Assembly (NCBI GenBank): GCA_963713855.1
Contig: OY970209.1
Span: forward strand, 480,001-544,000
Direction: 5' to 3'
Length of the DNA stretch: 64,000 nucleotides
Source: an uncultured bacterium
Lineage (GTDB): Bacteria; Babelota; Babeliae; Babelales; Babelaceae
The notes under the pieces are model-generated. The model searched no databases. It was given only the letters and a program-made list of their open reading frames with translations, and had not been told where the DNA came from. Shown one piece after another: positions 1 through 8,386 of the stretch (its first letter is position 1; each line of letters starts with the position of its first letter). Position numbers and translations under genes: made by a program.

Positions 1-704
1 TTTACCAAGCCTCAACAAGCGAGCTTTATGGTAAAGTAAGAGAAGTTCCCCAAAAAGAAACAACCCCCTTTTATCCTCGATCGCCTTATGGTTGCGCTAA
101 ATTGTTTGCGTACTGGGCTACTATTAATTACAGAGAAGCATTCGGGATTTTTGCTTGTAATGGTATTTTATTTAATCACGAATCTCCTCGCCGGGGTGAA
201 AATTTTGTAACTCGAAAAATTACAAAGGCAGCTGCTGCCCGAGCATGCGGCAAAAAAGAAGTCCTTGCGATGGGAAACTTGGATTCTTCCCGAGATTGGG
301 GATACGCCGGTGACTATGTAGAAGCGATGTGGCTTATGCTTCAGCAGCCAAAGCCCGAAGACTACGTTATTGCTACAGGAAAAACCCACACAGTGCGCGA
401 ATTTATAGAAAAGACATACGAACAGATTGGCCATCCCATTGCTTGGAAAGGTCAGGGCCAAAATGAGCAAGGGGTAGATGCAAAGACCGGTGAAGTGCTA
501 GTGACTGTTGATAAGAAATATTTTAGACCAGCTGAAGTAGAGTATTTGCTTGGTGATCCTACTAAAGCTCAAAAAGCTTTGGGCTGGAAGCCAAAGACCG
601 CATTTTCTGAACTGATAAAACTCATGTTAGATTCTGACATACAAGCGGCAAAAAAGGCCTTAATCTTTGAGCTTTCTAGCAACGGTACAAAAGTAAAAAA
701 GTAA
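1..704 (+). CDS. gmd: GDP-mannose 4,6-dehydratase (5' end outside window)
   Basis: Frame open from base 3: [22 protein letters not shown] (YxxxK), [31 protein letters not shown]. The TAA stop (702-704) lies inside repeat copy 1. Confidence 0.97.
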   Translation, partial: YQASTSELYGKVREVPQKETTPFYPRSPYGCAKLFAYWATINYREAFGIFACNGILFNHESPRRGENFVTRKITKAAAARACGKKEVLAMGNLDSSRDWGYAGDYVEAMWLMLQQPKPEDYVIATGKTHTVREFIEKTYEQIGHPIAWKGQGQNEQGVDAKTGEVLVTVDKKYFRPAEVEYLLGDPTKAQKALGWKPKTAFSELIKLMLDSDIQAAKKALIFELSSNGTKVKK

Positions 705-1002
705 GCCGAAGAGAAATAGGCGCCTACGCGGCGCGCGGCAGGACATTGTCCTGCACCTGTTGCTTTGTCTTGCGTGTTACATACTTATTGTATATGAGAT
801 AGACCGGAAAACCCGGTCTATCTCATTAGGCACATGTACCAGAAAGGGTAGCTCCCTTTCTGGTACATTAAACAACTATAAAAAGTTTAAGAAGGGTGTG
901 GGGCAAGGTCATAAAGCCTGAGTCCAGGCTTATGAGCCCTTTCATAAGAGTCAATACTATGACTCTTATGATGCTGCGTAGGCGTATCCTTACCTCTTAT
1001 TT
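699..1002 (+). repeat. Multi-hairpin dispersed element, copy 1 (putative structured ncRNA or non-autonomous mobile element)
   Basis: Closely similar to 16608-16909 and 24171-24447. Arms 721-732/973-984; hairpins 738-754, 794-826, 834-868, 868-890, 909-935, 942-971. Confidence 0.93.
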
Positions 1003-1006
1003 TCCG

Positions 1007-2269
1007 CTATAGATGCGTAACTGTTGGCGAAGTTTCAAATATTGGCGCGGCGATAGGAAAAGACTGGCACAATTTTTTAACCTCTTGAGCGATAGCGATA
1101 GCCCGTTTACTAGTATCTGCATGTGAAAGAAGCTCATCAATCCACTCGACTATGGTGCATACCTCTTGATCGCCCATGCCGCGCGTTGTAATTGCCGGTG
1201 TTCCTATTCGTATACCGCTTGTTATCCATGGCTTTTCTGGATCAAATGGTATGCAGCTTCTGCTAACTGTTATGCCCGCGGACGCTAGAAAGTTTTGTGC
1301 TTCTAGTCCTTTAAGGCCTTTGCTTCGTAAATCCACAATAAACAGATGATTATCGGTGCCTCCAGCAACAATTCTATACCCTTTTTCTTGAAAACAGCGT
1401 GCCATAGTTTGTGCATTTATAATCGTCCTTTGTTGGTAGACCTTAAACTCGGGCTCCTGGGCCAACTTAAATGCTGCGGCCTTTGCCGCAATGACGTGCA
1501 TGAGAGGACCACCTTGAATGCCAGGAAGCACGGCTTTATCAAGCTTTTCTTGGTAAACAGTTCTCGTCAATAAAAAGCCTCCGCGCGGACCGCGAAGTGT
1601 TTTATGGGTTGTGCTCGATACGATGTCGGCATGGGGCACCGGTGAGGGATGTAGCCCAACAGCAACAAGACCTGCTATATGCGCTATATCAGCTGCAAAA
1701 AAGGCTCCAACGTTTTTAGCAATTGAGCTCATGCGCTCAAAATCTATCAAGCGAGAATAGGCAGATGCGCCAGCAATGATAAGTTTTGGCTTATGTTTTT
1801 CTGCGAGTTCCTCTATTGCTTTATAATCGAGCTGCTCAGTCTCAACGTCAACGGTATATTGAACCGATTTGTAGAATGTTCCTGAAAAGTTTACGCCATG
1901 TCCATGCGTCAGGTGGCCACCCGCGGAAAGGCTCATCCCCATAAGAGTATCTCCCGGCTTTAAAAGTGTGGCATAGAGCACCATATTAGCCTGTGAGCCT
2001 GAGTGTGGTTGGACGTTTGCATGATCAGCCCCAAAAAGAGCTTTGCAGCGGTCAATAGCAAGCTGTTCTATCTTGTCTACGACTTCACACCCAGCATAGT
2101 ACCGTTTTTGAGGGTAGCCTTCAGCATATTTGTTTGTAAGCGTAGAGCCTGTAATAGCGTAAATCGATGCAGGCACATAGTTTTCTGAGGCGATAAGATT
2201 AATCTCGCCTTCCTGTCTTTTGGTTTCAGCAGCTATGAGTAGTTCTAATTCTCGGTCAATAAAGCTCAT
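1007..2269 (-). CDS. glyA: Serine hydroxymethyltransferase
   Basis: LIASEN, NKYAEGYP, NVQPHSGSQAN, GGHLTHG, TTHKTLRGPRGG (PLP lysine). Start placed at MSFIDRE (2269) rather than 2377. Confidence 0.98.
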   Translation of the reverse strand: MSFIDRELELLIAAETKRQEGEINLIASENYVPASIYAITGSTLTNKYAEGYPQKRYYAGCEVVDKIEQLAIDRCKALFGADHANVQPHSGSQANMVLYATLLKPGDTLMGMSLSAGGHLTHGHGVNFSGTFYKSVQYTVDVETEQLDYKAIEELAEKHKPKLIIAGASAYSRLIDFERMSSIAKNVGAFFAADIAHIAGLVAVGLHPSPVPHADIVSSTTHKTLRGPRGGFLLTRTVYQEKLDKAVLPGIQGGPLMHVIAAKAAAFKLAQEPEFKVYQQRTIINAQTMARCFQEKGYRIVAGGTDNHLFIVDLRSKGLKGLEAQNFLASAGITVSRSCIPFDPEKPWITSGIRIGTPAITTRGMGDQEVCTIVEWIDELLSHADTSKRAIAIAQEVKKLCQSFPIAAPIFETSPTVTHL

Positions 2270-2405
2270 TCGTATCTTCTTTAACTGTTTTTCGAGTACC
2301 AGTATACCATACTTTTCGAGTACTGATGGTATTTTTTTTTGCTTTCTTGTTTTATACTTATAAGTTCGTAACATCAATATAGAGCATTAGAGAAAGGGTT
2401 TTCCT

Positions 2406-2972
2406 GTGATAGCAGCTTCAGATTTTCGAAAAGGCAGCAAAATTCTCTACAAAGGTGAGCCGTATGCGGTTATCGATTTTCAGCATGTAAAGCCTGGAAA
2501 AGGCGGTGCATTCATTCGTACGAAAATGAAAAACCTTATTACTGGCCTTGTGCACGAGGATACTTTCAGATCTGAAGAAAAATTGCCTTCACCAGACCTT
2601 GAGTATCATGATATGCGTTATCTATACGAGCAGGGTGGTCTCTATCATTTTATGGATGAAGAATCTTACGAAGAGATGGCATTTTCAAAAGATCAGATTG
2701 AAGAAGTCAAAAATCTACTAAAAGATCAAACAGTATACACGGTACTCTTTTTTAACCAAAAACCGATAGCAGTTACTCCCCCGCTTTTTATGGAACTTGG
2801 TGTAACCGATACCGTGCCAGGTGTTCGTGGTGACACGGCCCAAGGCGGGGCCACTAAACCTGCTACTTTAGAGACCGGGCTTGTTGTACAAGTGCCGCTT
2901 TTTGTCAACGAAGGGGACATTATCAAGCTTGATACAAGAGATGAACGCTATATTGAGCGTATTAAAAAGTAA
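2406..2972 (+). CDS. efp: Elongation factor P
   Basis: HVKPGKGGAF, PGVRGDTA, KPATLETG, VPLFV; 188 aa, GTG start. Confidence 0.98.
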   Translation: MIAASDFRKGSKILYKGEPYAVIDFQHVKPGKGGAFIRTKMKNLITGLVHEDTFRSEEKLPSPDLEYHDMRYLYEQGGLYHFMDEESYEEMAFSKDQIEEVKNLLKDQTVYTVLFFNQKPIAVTPPLFMELGVTDTVPGVRGDTAQGGATKPATLETGLVVQVPLFVNEGDIIKLDTRDERYIERIKK

Positions 2973-2995
2973 TATGTCTCACAAGGATTGCTTTT

Positions 2996-3490
2996 ATGTC
3001 AGATGTTTTACCAGACAATACGTTTTCGGGGCCTGAGATTTCTTGTTCTCAGCTTTCTCAAAGAGATGCTCGATCGCTTATATTTCATTTGCTTTATGCG
3101 ATGGAAGCATGGGACTACACGATAAGCCTTGAGGCTCTTATAGATAATTTTAACCGAGGTTTTGGTATGTCCATCGATCCTCAAGGAAAGCTTGTGCAAA
3201 AAGCCCTTGCCATAATAGACAAAAGGGATGAGCTTGATCAGCAGATTATGCCGCTCCTTTCAAATTGGCGTCTCGAGCGATTGAGTTGGAGCACGCGCCT
3301 TATTTTACGTTTAGCACTGTGGGAACTTGAAAACACTGACCTTGACACTTCAATCGTTATTAATGAGGCCATTGAGCTTGCAAAATGCTTTGCGGAACAT
3401 GACGCATACAAATTTGTTAACGGCGTTCTTGATGAATGGGTAAAGCGATTTCGCCCAGAACGAAGTAGCGCACAAACATCAGAGCCCTAA
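2996..3490 (+). CDS. nusB: Transcription antitermination factor NusB
   Basis: W..ERL...R.ILRLA..E, INEAIELAK, KFVNGVLD; follows efp. Confidence 0.95.
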   Translation: MSDVLPDNTFSGPEISCSQLSQRDARSLIFHLLYAMEAWDYTISLEALIDNFNRGFGMSIDPQGKLVQKALAIIDKRDELDQQIMPLLSNWRLERLSWSTRLILRLALWELENTDLDTSIVINEAIELAKCFAEHDAYKFVNGVLDEWVKRFRPERSSAQTSEP

Positions 3491-3492
3491 CT

Positions 3493-3900
3493 TCAAAATC
3501 GCTCTTTTGTCGCACTGTTCTTAAGCGATTCAAGGAGAATACTCTCTACGTTTGTATCTTTTAGAAATGAGACCATTATTTCATCTACGACATCCTTGAT
3601 TGCCTTCTTACGCACAAAAGCGATTGCTTTGAGCCTGTCCACATGTTCTTGCTTTATAATGAAAGTAGCGCGGGTAAAGCCCGACGGAAGCCCGATAACG
3701 GCAGTTTTCGAGGTTGTATCTATGGGCGCAATGTGCGCTTTAAGTGGCTGCGCACTTTCAGTATGTGCGGTTACAGCAACTTCATGGGGCGCGCTCACTA
3801 TAGTTGTTTTTAAAAGCCCTTCATTGGCCTGGGTTTCATTTTTATGTACTATCCATTCAAGTCCCTTAGGGATAGTTCCAAGTCCACCTTTTTTAATCAT
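3493..3900 (-). CDS. Small protein with putative C-terminal ribbon-helix-helix DNA-binding domain (partition-partner/CopG-like)
   Basis: Start MIKKGGLG with upstream AGGAGA; low-complexity N-half, then TRATFII (beta strand) and two helices (EHVDRLKAIAF, IKDVVDEIMVSFL). Confidence 0.6.
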   Translation of the reverse strand: MIKKGGLGTIPKGLEWIVHKNETQANEGLLKTTIVSAPHEVAVTAHTESAQPLKAHIAPIDTTSKTAVIGLPSGFTRATFIIKQEHVDRLKAIAFVRKKAIKDVVDEIMVSFLKDTNVESILLESLKNSATKERF

Positions 3901-4254
3901 GCTTGATCTCCTTGATGATTTTCTCTCACCTATCAACGTATACACAATAGACTCTTTTTTTGCGCATGTATACAAATAAGTGTAACAGTACACAAAAATG
4001 TAATCTTGTACATAGGTATTCAAGTATACACACGCTTACTCCACCAATTTTTAGTAATTATGTATACATAGCACATTATTTATAAAAAAACTTAGTGATG
4101 ATGAATTAAGATTACTAAGCACAAGTATTAAATATCTACGTATCAACAGATAGGTGGCACATGTTAATAATGTACTTGTCGAAAGTCGGCTATCGCATCA
4201 AGTGATCAAGATAAGTGTAGCTTTTAATCAGATGTGATTGGGCTATGTATAAAC

Positions 4255-4284
4255 AATTAGCCGAGGTGTGACTCTCGGCTAATT
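4255..4284. terminator. Hairpin downstream of the D-Ala-D-Ala dipeptidase gene
   Basis: AATTAGCCGAG-GTGTGACT-CTCGGCTAATT, 11-bp perfect stem just past the stop at 4308. Confidence 0.65.
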
Positions 4285-4307
4285 AAAAATTTTTCAAATT
4301 GTTTGGA

Positions 4308-4967
4308 TTATAGTATTGAGGTGTCTTGAGGCATGTGTTTAGCGGCAGACCGCAAAAGTGTCTCAAAGGAGATATCCAGAAGATCATAAGATTGCCAATC
4401 TTCGTCATCAAAGTGCCACCATTCTGTAGGCAAGGGCTCAAAACCATGCTTTACCATTATAAGTTCAAGTAGCTTACAATTACGTGCTTCAAGCGCATTC
4501 ATAGCCGCGTAGTCGCGATGCGCTTTTTTAGAAAAATCGTCAAATGCCGAAGGCATGAGCAGTTCCTGTTGCGTTGCTAGATCAATGAGCGTGACATCAA
4601 CAGCTGCTCCTCTATTATGCTTAGACCCTTTTTGAGGATCAGCGACATAGCGTTCATCAGGGACGAGTGACCAGAATATTTTTTGAATGCTTTTAGGGCG
4701 ATAACCATCAAATATTTTAAGCCCGAGGCCAATGGTCTGCAATTCTTCTTGTACCCGTTGAAGCTTGAGTGTTGTTTTTTGTCTCAAATAACATTTTGCT
4801 GATGGGTAAACAACATGTTTGGTAAAATTATCTGCCGTAGCATAGCGTATATCAAGTGTGATGGAAGGTATCACACGATTCACTTCAATAAGGTCATGTT
4901 GAACTGTGGAAGGCCGTGTCCAAAAGGCCACAGAGCATACAAGAGGAAGTATAAAAAAGATATTCAT
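4308..4967 (-). CDS. ddpX: D-alanyl-D-alanine dipeptidase (M15D, VanX/DdpX family) with signal peptide
   Basis: DIRYAT.DNF, IFDGYRP, GSKHNRGAAVDVTL, EWWHF. Confidence 0.93.
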   Translation of the reverse strand: MNIFFILPLVCSVAFWTRPSTVQHDLIEVNRVIPSITLDIRYATADNFTKHVVYPSAKCYLRQKTTLKLQRVQEELQTIGLGLKIFDGYRPKSIQKIFWSLVPDERYVADPQKGSKHNRGAAVDVTLIDLATQQELLMPSAFDDFSKKAHRDYAAMNALEARNCKLLELIMVKHGFEPLPTEWWHFDDEDWQSYDLLDISFETLLRSAAKHMPQDTSIL

Positions 4968-5041
4968 GGTGATCCTTTATTGTCATATAACCTTTTTTTA
5001 GTATAGCTTTTTGAGTAAAAACAAACGAGGGTCTTTGCTCT

Positions 5042-5575
5042 ATGCGACTGTTTATTGCTTTAGATCTTCCAAAAGCTGTTAAAATATACATAAAAAAAGT
5101 TCAGAGTCAGCTTAAAGCAAAGCGGCTTATCGAGGGCGTTTTTACGACTGAGGAAAATTTGCATATAACGCTTCTTTTTATTGGCGATGTATCTGATGAG
5201 GCATGTACTCGGATAATATCTTTACTGTCGGAGTTTTCTGTGCCAACTAAGTGGGACATACTGCTCATGGGCTTAGAATACAATTGTCAGCCACCAACAG
5301 TGTTATGGCTACGTCTTTTTTCACCCATCTTAGTGGAGTTGCATGAGCAGTTACGTAAAGACGTTTTTGGTAACTTAGTAGCTGAAAGACCTTTCATTCC
5401 ACATTGCACACTTGTACGTATACAAGACGTGCACGAAAAGTCCCTCATGCGGTTTTTGCAGCACGAGAAAGTGCCCGAATGGTCTTTTGCTCCTCAAACC
5501 CTCGCACTTAAACGTTCAGATACTCTTGCGGATGGTGTACGCTATACCGATATATTCAAACGAGTTTTAACGTGA
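5042..5575 (+). CDS. thpR: RNA 2',3'-cyclic phosphodiesterase (2H family)
   Basis: MRLFIAL start; two HxT motifs (LHITLLFIG, PHCTL). Confidence 0.9.
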   Translation: MRLFIALDLPKAVKIYIKKVQSQLKAKRLIEGVFTTEENLHITLLFIGDVSDEACTRIISLLSEFSVPTKWDILLMGLEYNCQPPTVLWLRLFSPILVELHEQLRKDVFGNLVAERPFIPHCTLVRIQDVHEKSLMRFLQHEKVPEWSFAPQTLALKRSDTLADGVRYTDIFKRVLT

Positions 5576-5578
5576 CCG

Positions 5579-6094
5579 TTATGTGGCACTTGGGTTTGGA
5601 AATGATAAATCGGTTCCAGCATTAGTAATAATCGATGGTTGTGTATAAAGCCCCGTAACTACGCCACTGGTCCTTTCAACGTTTATCGATCCTGTTGTGG
5701 GGTTCCAACAATTAGCTGAACAGGTGTTGGGATCAAACTGTATTGCCGGAACAGGGCGTGAAGAGCGCTGTCTTGTACGGCCCGCGTATCCTATAACAAA
5801 ACAACCTCGCGTATTTCTCTGGTTTCGAATAAGAAGGTGCGTAAAGACACTCGGATTCATGCCAATATTATAAAAACGTGAGCACGTGCCTTGAGGCGAA
5901 TAGAGCGTTAGGTTTGTAGGAAAATAGCTCTGAAAGTATGATTGGCCGGGCGAAAGATCCTGTGCATACTCTCTTTCAATCGTGCTCATACGCGTTCGTA
6001 CAGGAGCATTTGTTTGGTTTACAATATGTAAGCCCTGCCCTTGTAGAGAAATAGGAATAGATATAAAAATGATAAAATACTTCAAAATACTCAT
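5579..6094 (-). CDS. Secreted hypothetical protein
   Basis: 171-aa ORF with N-terminal signal-like hydrophobic stretch and four Cys. Confidence 0.65.
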   Translation of the reverse strand: MSILKYFIIFISIPISLQGQGLHIVNQTNAPVRTRMSTIEREYAQDLSPGQSYFQSYFPTNLTLYSPQGTCSRFYNIGMNPSVFTHLLIRNQRNTRGCFVIGYAGRTRQRSSRPVPAIQFDPNTCSANCWNPTTGSINVERTSGVVTGLYTQPSIITNAGTDLSFPNPSAT

Positions 6095-6232
6095 TATTTC
6101 CCTTTTAATGTCTATTTTAATTATAATAAAGCATTCTGATTTTCTAAATCAAGAGTTTGGTTATTTATTTCATTTAAAATGGTAAGCGTGATATGATAGC
6201 GCACCAGGTGTTTAGTTTTAAGGTGGTGGCTT

Positions 6233-7270
6233 ATGAAAATATATCTACCGTTATGCTTTATCTCGCTTATAGTTGGCTTTCTGACAATTGCAGGCGTCAA
6301 CAAGGATCAAGATCACACTAAGAAATCGGTATTTTATTACCCCAAAGCGTACCGCAACTATGCTTTTGAAACGCGTAAGGATACTGCCGTAGTTATTGCG
6401 GGATATAATCGCCCCCATTACTTTAAGCGTGTGCTCACTGCTTTGGCTGCTAATAAGCGGGCATCAACGCTGCCTTTTTTCTTTATTCTGGACGGTGGTC
6501 CGGATGCTAAGCAGAGAGCGTATCGAGATATTATTAATAGCTGCCCGCTTAAAAATAAGCACATAATTGCGCGCCCTTTTAATTATGGACTCCACTGGAA
6601 TTTGCTTTCTGGTCAGCGGTTTATGTTCGAATGGTGTGGATTTGAAAGAGTTATTCATTTTGAAGATGACGTTGTAGTTACACCAGATTACCTCGATCTT
6701 GTTTTACGGTTAGACGAATGGGCGTCAAAAAAATATGACAATATAGGAGCTGTTCAAGCGTATACACCTTGTCGGATGACTCTTGCTGAAAAGGCTGTTC
6801 ATTTGGCAAGTGTCGGGGAGACGGGAGGTTATTGGCTGGGCTACTGTATGCACAAAAAGGTGTGGAATGATATTAAAGATATCGTTTACGAGTATGAAAA
6901 GAAATTTTTACGTGGTAAGTCCTCTAATGACTCAGCAATTAAACGATGGATGAAGGAAAAGTTGAAGGAAGGACGTGTGGTTAAGACCCGCGATGCACAG
7001 AAAAGCCGATGGCAGATACCTCTTGCTTCATATTATGCTAAATTGCCTTCGATGGGAGTAGGGCAGTGTGGTGTTCTTACGATGAGTCTTTTTTTACGTG
7101 GATATTCCCGCCTTACCACTCGTGTAAGCCGCGGCCTTAATATTGGCGAACAGGGTGCTAATTTTACTCGAAAACGATTTAAAAAAACCTTTAAGGGCAT
7201 TACCCTTGAGCACTTTAAAGAGGATGCCTCTTTGACGGAGTTTGTTCCTTACGATCGCTTTGTCTATTAG
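6233..7270 (+). CDS. GT-A fold glycosyltransferase with N-terminal hydrophobic leader
   Basis: IAGYNRPHY, FILDG, HFEDDVV (DxD-like), NIGEQG. Confidence 0.8.
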   Translation: MKIYLPLCFISLIVGFLTIAGVNKDQDHTKKSVFYYPKAYRNYAFETRKDTAVVIAGYNRPHYFKRVLTALAANKRASTLPFFFILDGGPDAKQRAYRDIINSCPLKNKHIIARPFNYGLHWNLLSGQRFMFEWCGFERVIHFEDDVVVTPDYLDLVLRLDEWASKKYDNIGAVQAYTPCRMTLAEKAVHLASVGETGGYWLGYCMHKKVWNDIKDIVYEYEKKFLRGKSSNDSAIKRWMKEKLKEGRVVKTRDAQKSRWQIPLASYYAKLPSMGVGQCGVLTMSLFLRGYSRLTTRVSRGLNIGEQGANFTRKRFKKTFKGITLEHFKEDASLTEFVPYDRFVY

Positions 7271-7428
7271 AGGGTATATCTGTTCAAGAAAGTAAAGAAC
7301 ACAGCGAGAGCATTTCTTTTAAAAGTTTCTTGTGAAAGATGAGAAATTTTGTAATAAAATTGCCTTGCAAGTAGTGTGCTTTACGTGTTAGTGTATATCT
7401 GCTTGCGCGTCATTTAGAAGGGAGTTTA

Positions 7429-8337
7429 ATGAAGAGAATACTTACTTGTGTCTCATCTTGCCTGATCTTTAGTATTCACCTTAGTACTTCTTTTTCTATC
7501 CCAAGTATACAGAGTAATAGCCTGTTAAAATATGCCTCGTCTAAATATTCACAGCGTGGTGAGGAGGGCATATTAAGCGAGATTCTTAAAAGGCTTAAAA
7601 TTACTAAAGGATTTTTTGTAGAATTTGGCGCTGCTGATGGGATAATGCTTTCAAATACGCGATTTCTCGTTGAGAAAAATTGGAAAGGCGCTTTTATTGA
7701 GTCGGATAAAAAGTTATTTGACGCATTGGTTGAAAACTACAAAGCCTCTCCTGATATCATATGCATTAAAGAAATGGTTTCATGGTACTCCCATTCAAAT
7801 CAAGGTAAAACTTTCGATGAAATAGCGGACCTTTATTTTCCAAAGAAAGAAATTGATTTTCTTTCCATAGATATAGACGGGGCAGATTACTTAATATTAG
7901 AAAACCTGAAACGAAAGCCCAAAATTCTTTGTGTGGAAGGTGGTTTTTCCTGGAATCCTCGGCTGAAAGTTCGCGTGCCGGATGAAGTTGCTTTTCAAAA
8001 TCTTCAACAGCCTTTAGCCGTTATGTTTGCTATAGCTAAAATCCAAGGCTATGTTCCGATCTGCTTTACGCAAAATACGTTTTTTGTTAGGCAGGATCTC
8101 TATAAGCCATTTGCTCATATAAAAAATGACCCGGAGAGTTTATGGTTAGATGCCTGGCATTATTGGGAAAAACGCTATCCTAAAGAAAGAGCTAACTTGA
8201 TCAATTTCCGTCAAACAAACCCGTTGATCACTGCTTATGAAAAAAAAATGCCAAGCATCGATTCGATGCTAAAGGCAAAAGGCCAAAAAAAAAGAAAGGG
8301 CGCGAGTAAAAGAACATCCCGGAAACTTCAAAAATAA
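7429..8337 (+). CDS. FkbM-like SAM-dependent methyltransferase, signal peptide, basic C-tail
   Basis: YSQRGEEGIL, FVEFGAADG..LSNT, LSIDIDGADY, NTFFVR. Confidence 0.8.
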   Translation: MKRILTCVSSCLIFSIHLSTSFSIPSIQSNSLLKYASSKYSQRGEEGILSEILKRLKITKGFFVEFGAADGIMLSNTRFLVEKNWKGAFIESDKKLFDALVENYKASPDIICIKEMVSWYSHSNQGKTFDEIADLYFPKKEIDFLSIDIDGADYLILENLKRKPKILCVEGGFSWNPRLKVRVPDEVAFQNLQQPLAVMFAIAKIQGYVPICFTQNTFFVRQDLYKPFAHIKNDPESLWLDAWHYWEKRYPKERANLINFRQTNPLITAYEKKMPSIDSMLKAKGQKKRKGASKRTSRKLQK

Positions 8338-8386
8338 AAGGTGGCAAAAAAGATACATGACCTAAAGAAATCAAAGTAGGTTGAAT

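Noticed and set aside
699..1002. Element as a CRISPR array, RNase P RNA, tmRNA, group II intron or retron msr-msd
   Set aside because: No repeat-spacer periodicity; the GTAAGCCG end resembles the RNase P 3' motif on the minus strand but GAGGAAAGTCC is absent; no tRNA-like ends, no domain V motif, no reverse transcriptase in the window.
2270..2377. N-terminal extension of GlyA in the ORF track (similar extensions for comM, radA, gspG/H, mlaD, alr, the MscS gene)
   Set aside because: Longest-ORF artefacts; family similarity, RBS or signal peptides start at downstream codons.
3901..4023. Tyr-rich N-terminus of the 176-aa ORF
   Set aside because: It is the translation of the GTATAC-rich upstream DNA; a good RBS precedes the ATG at 3900.
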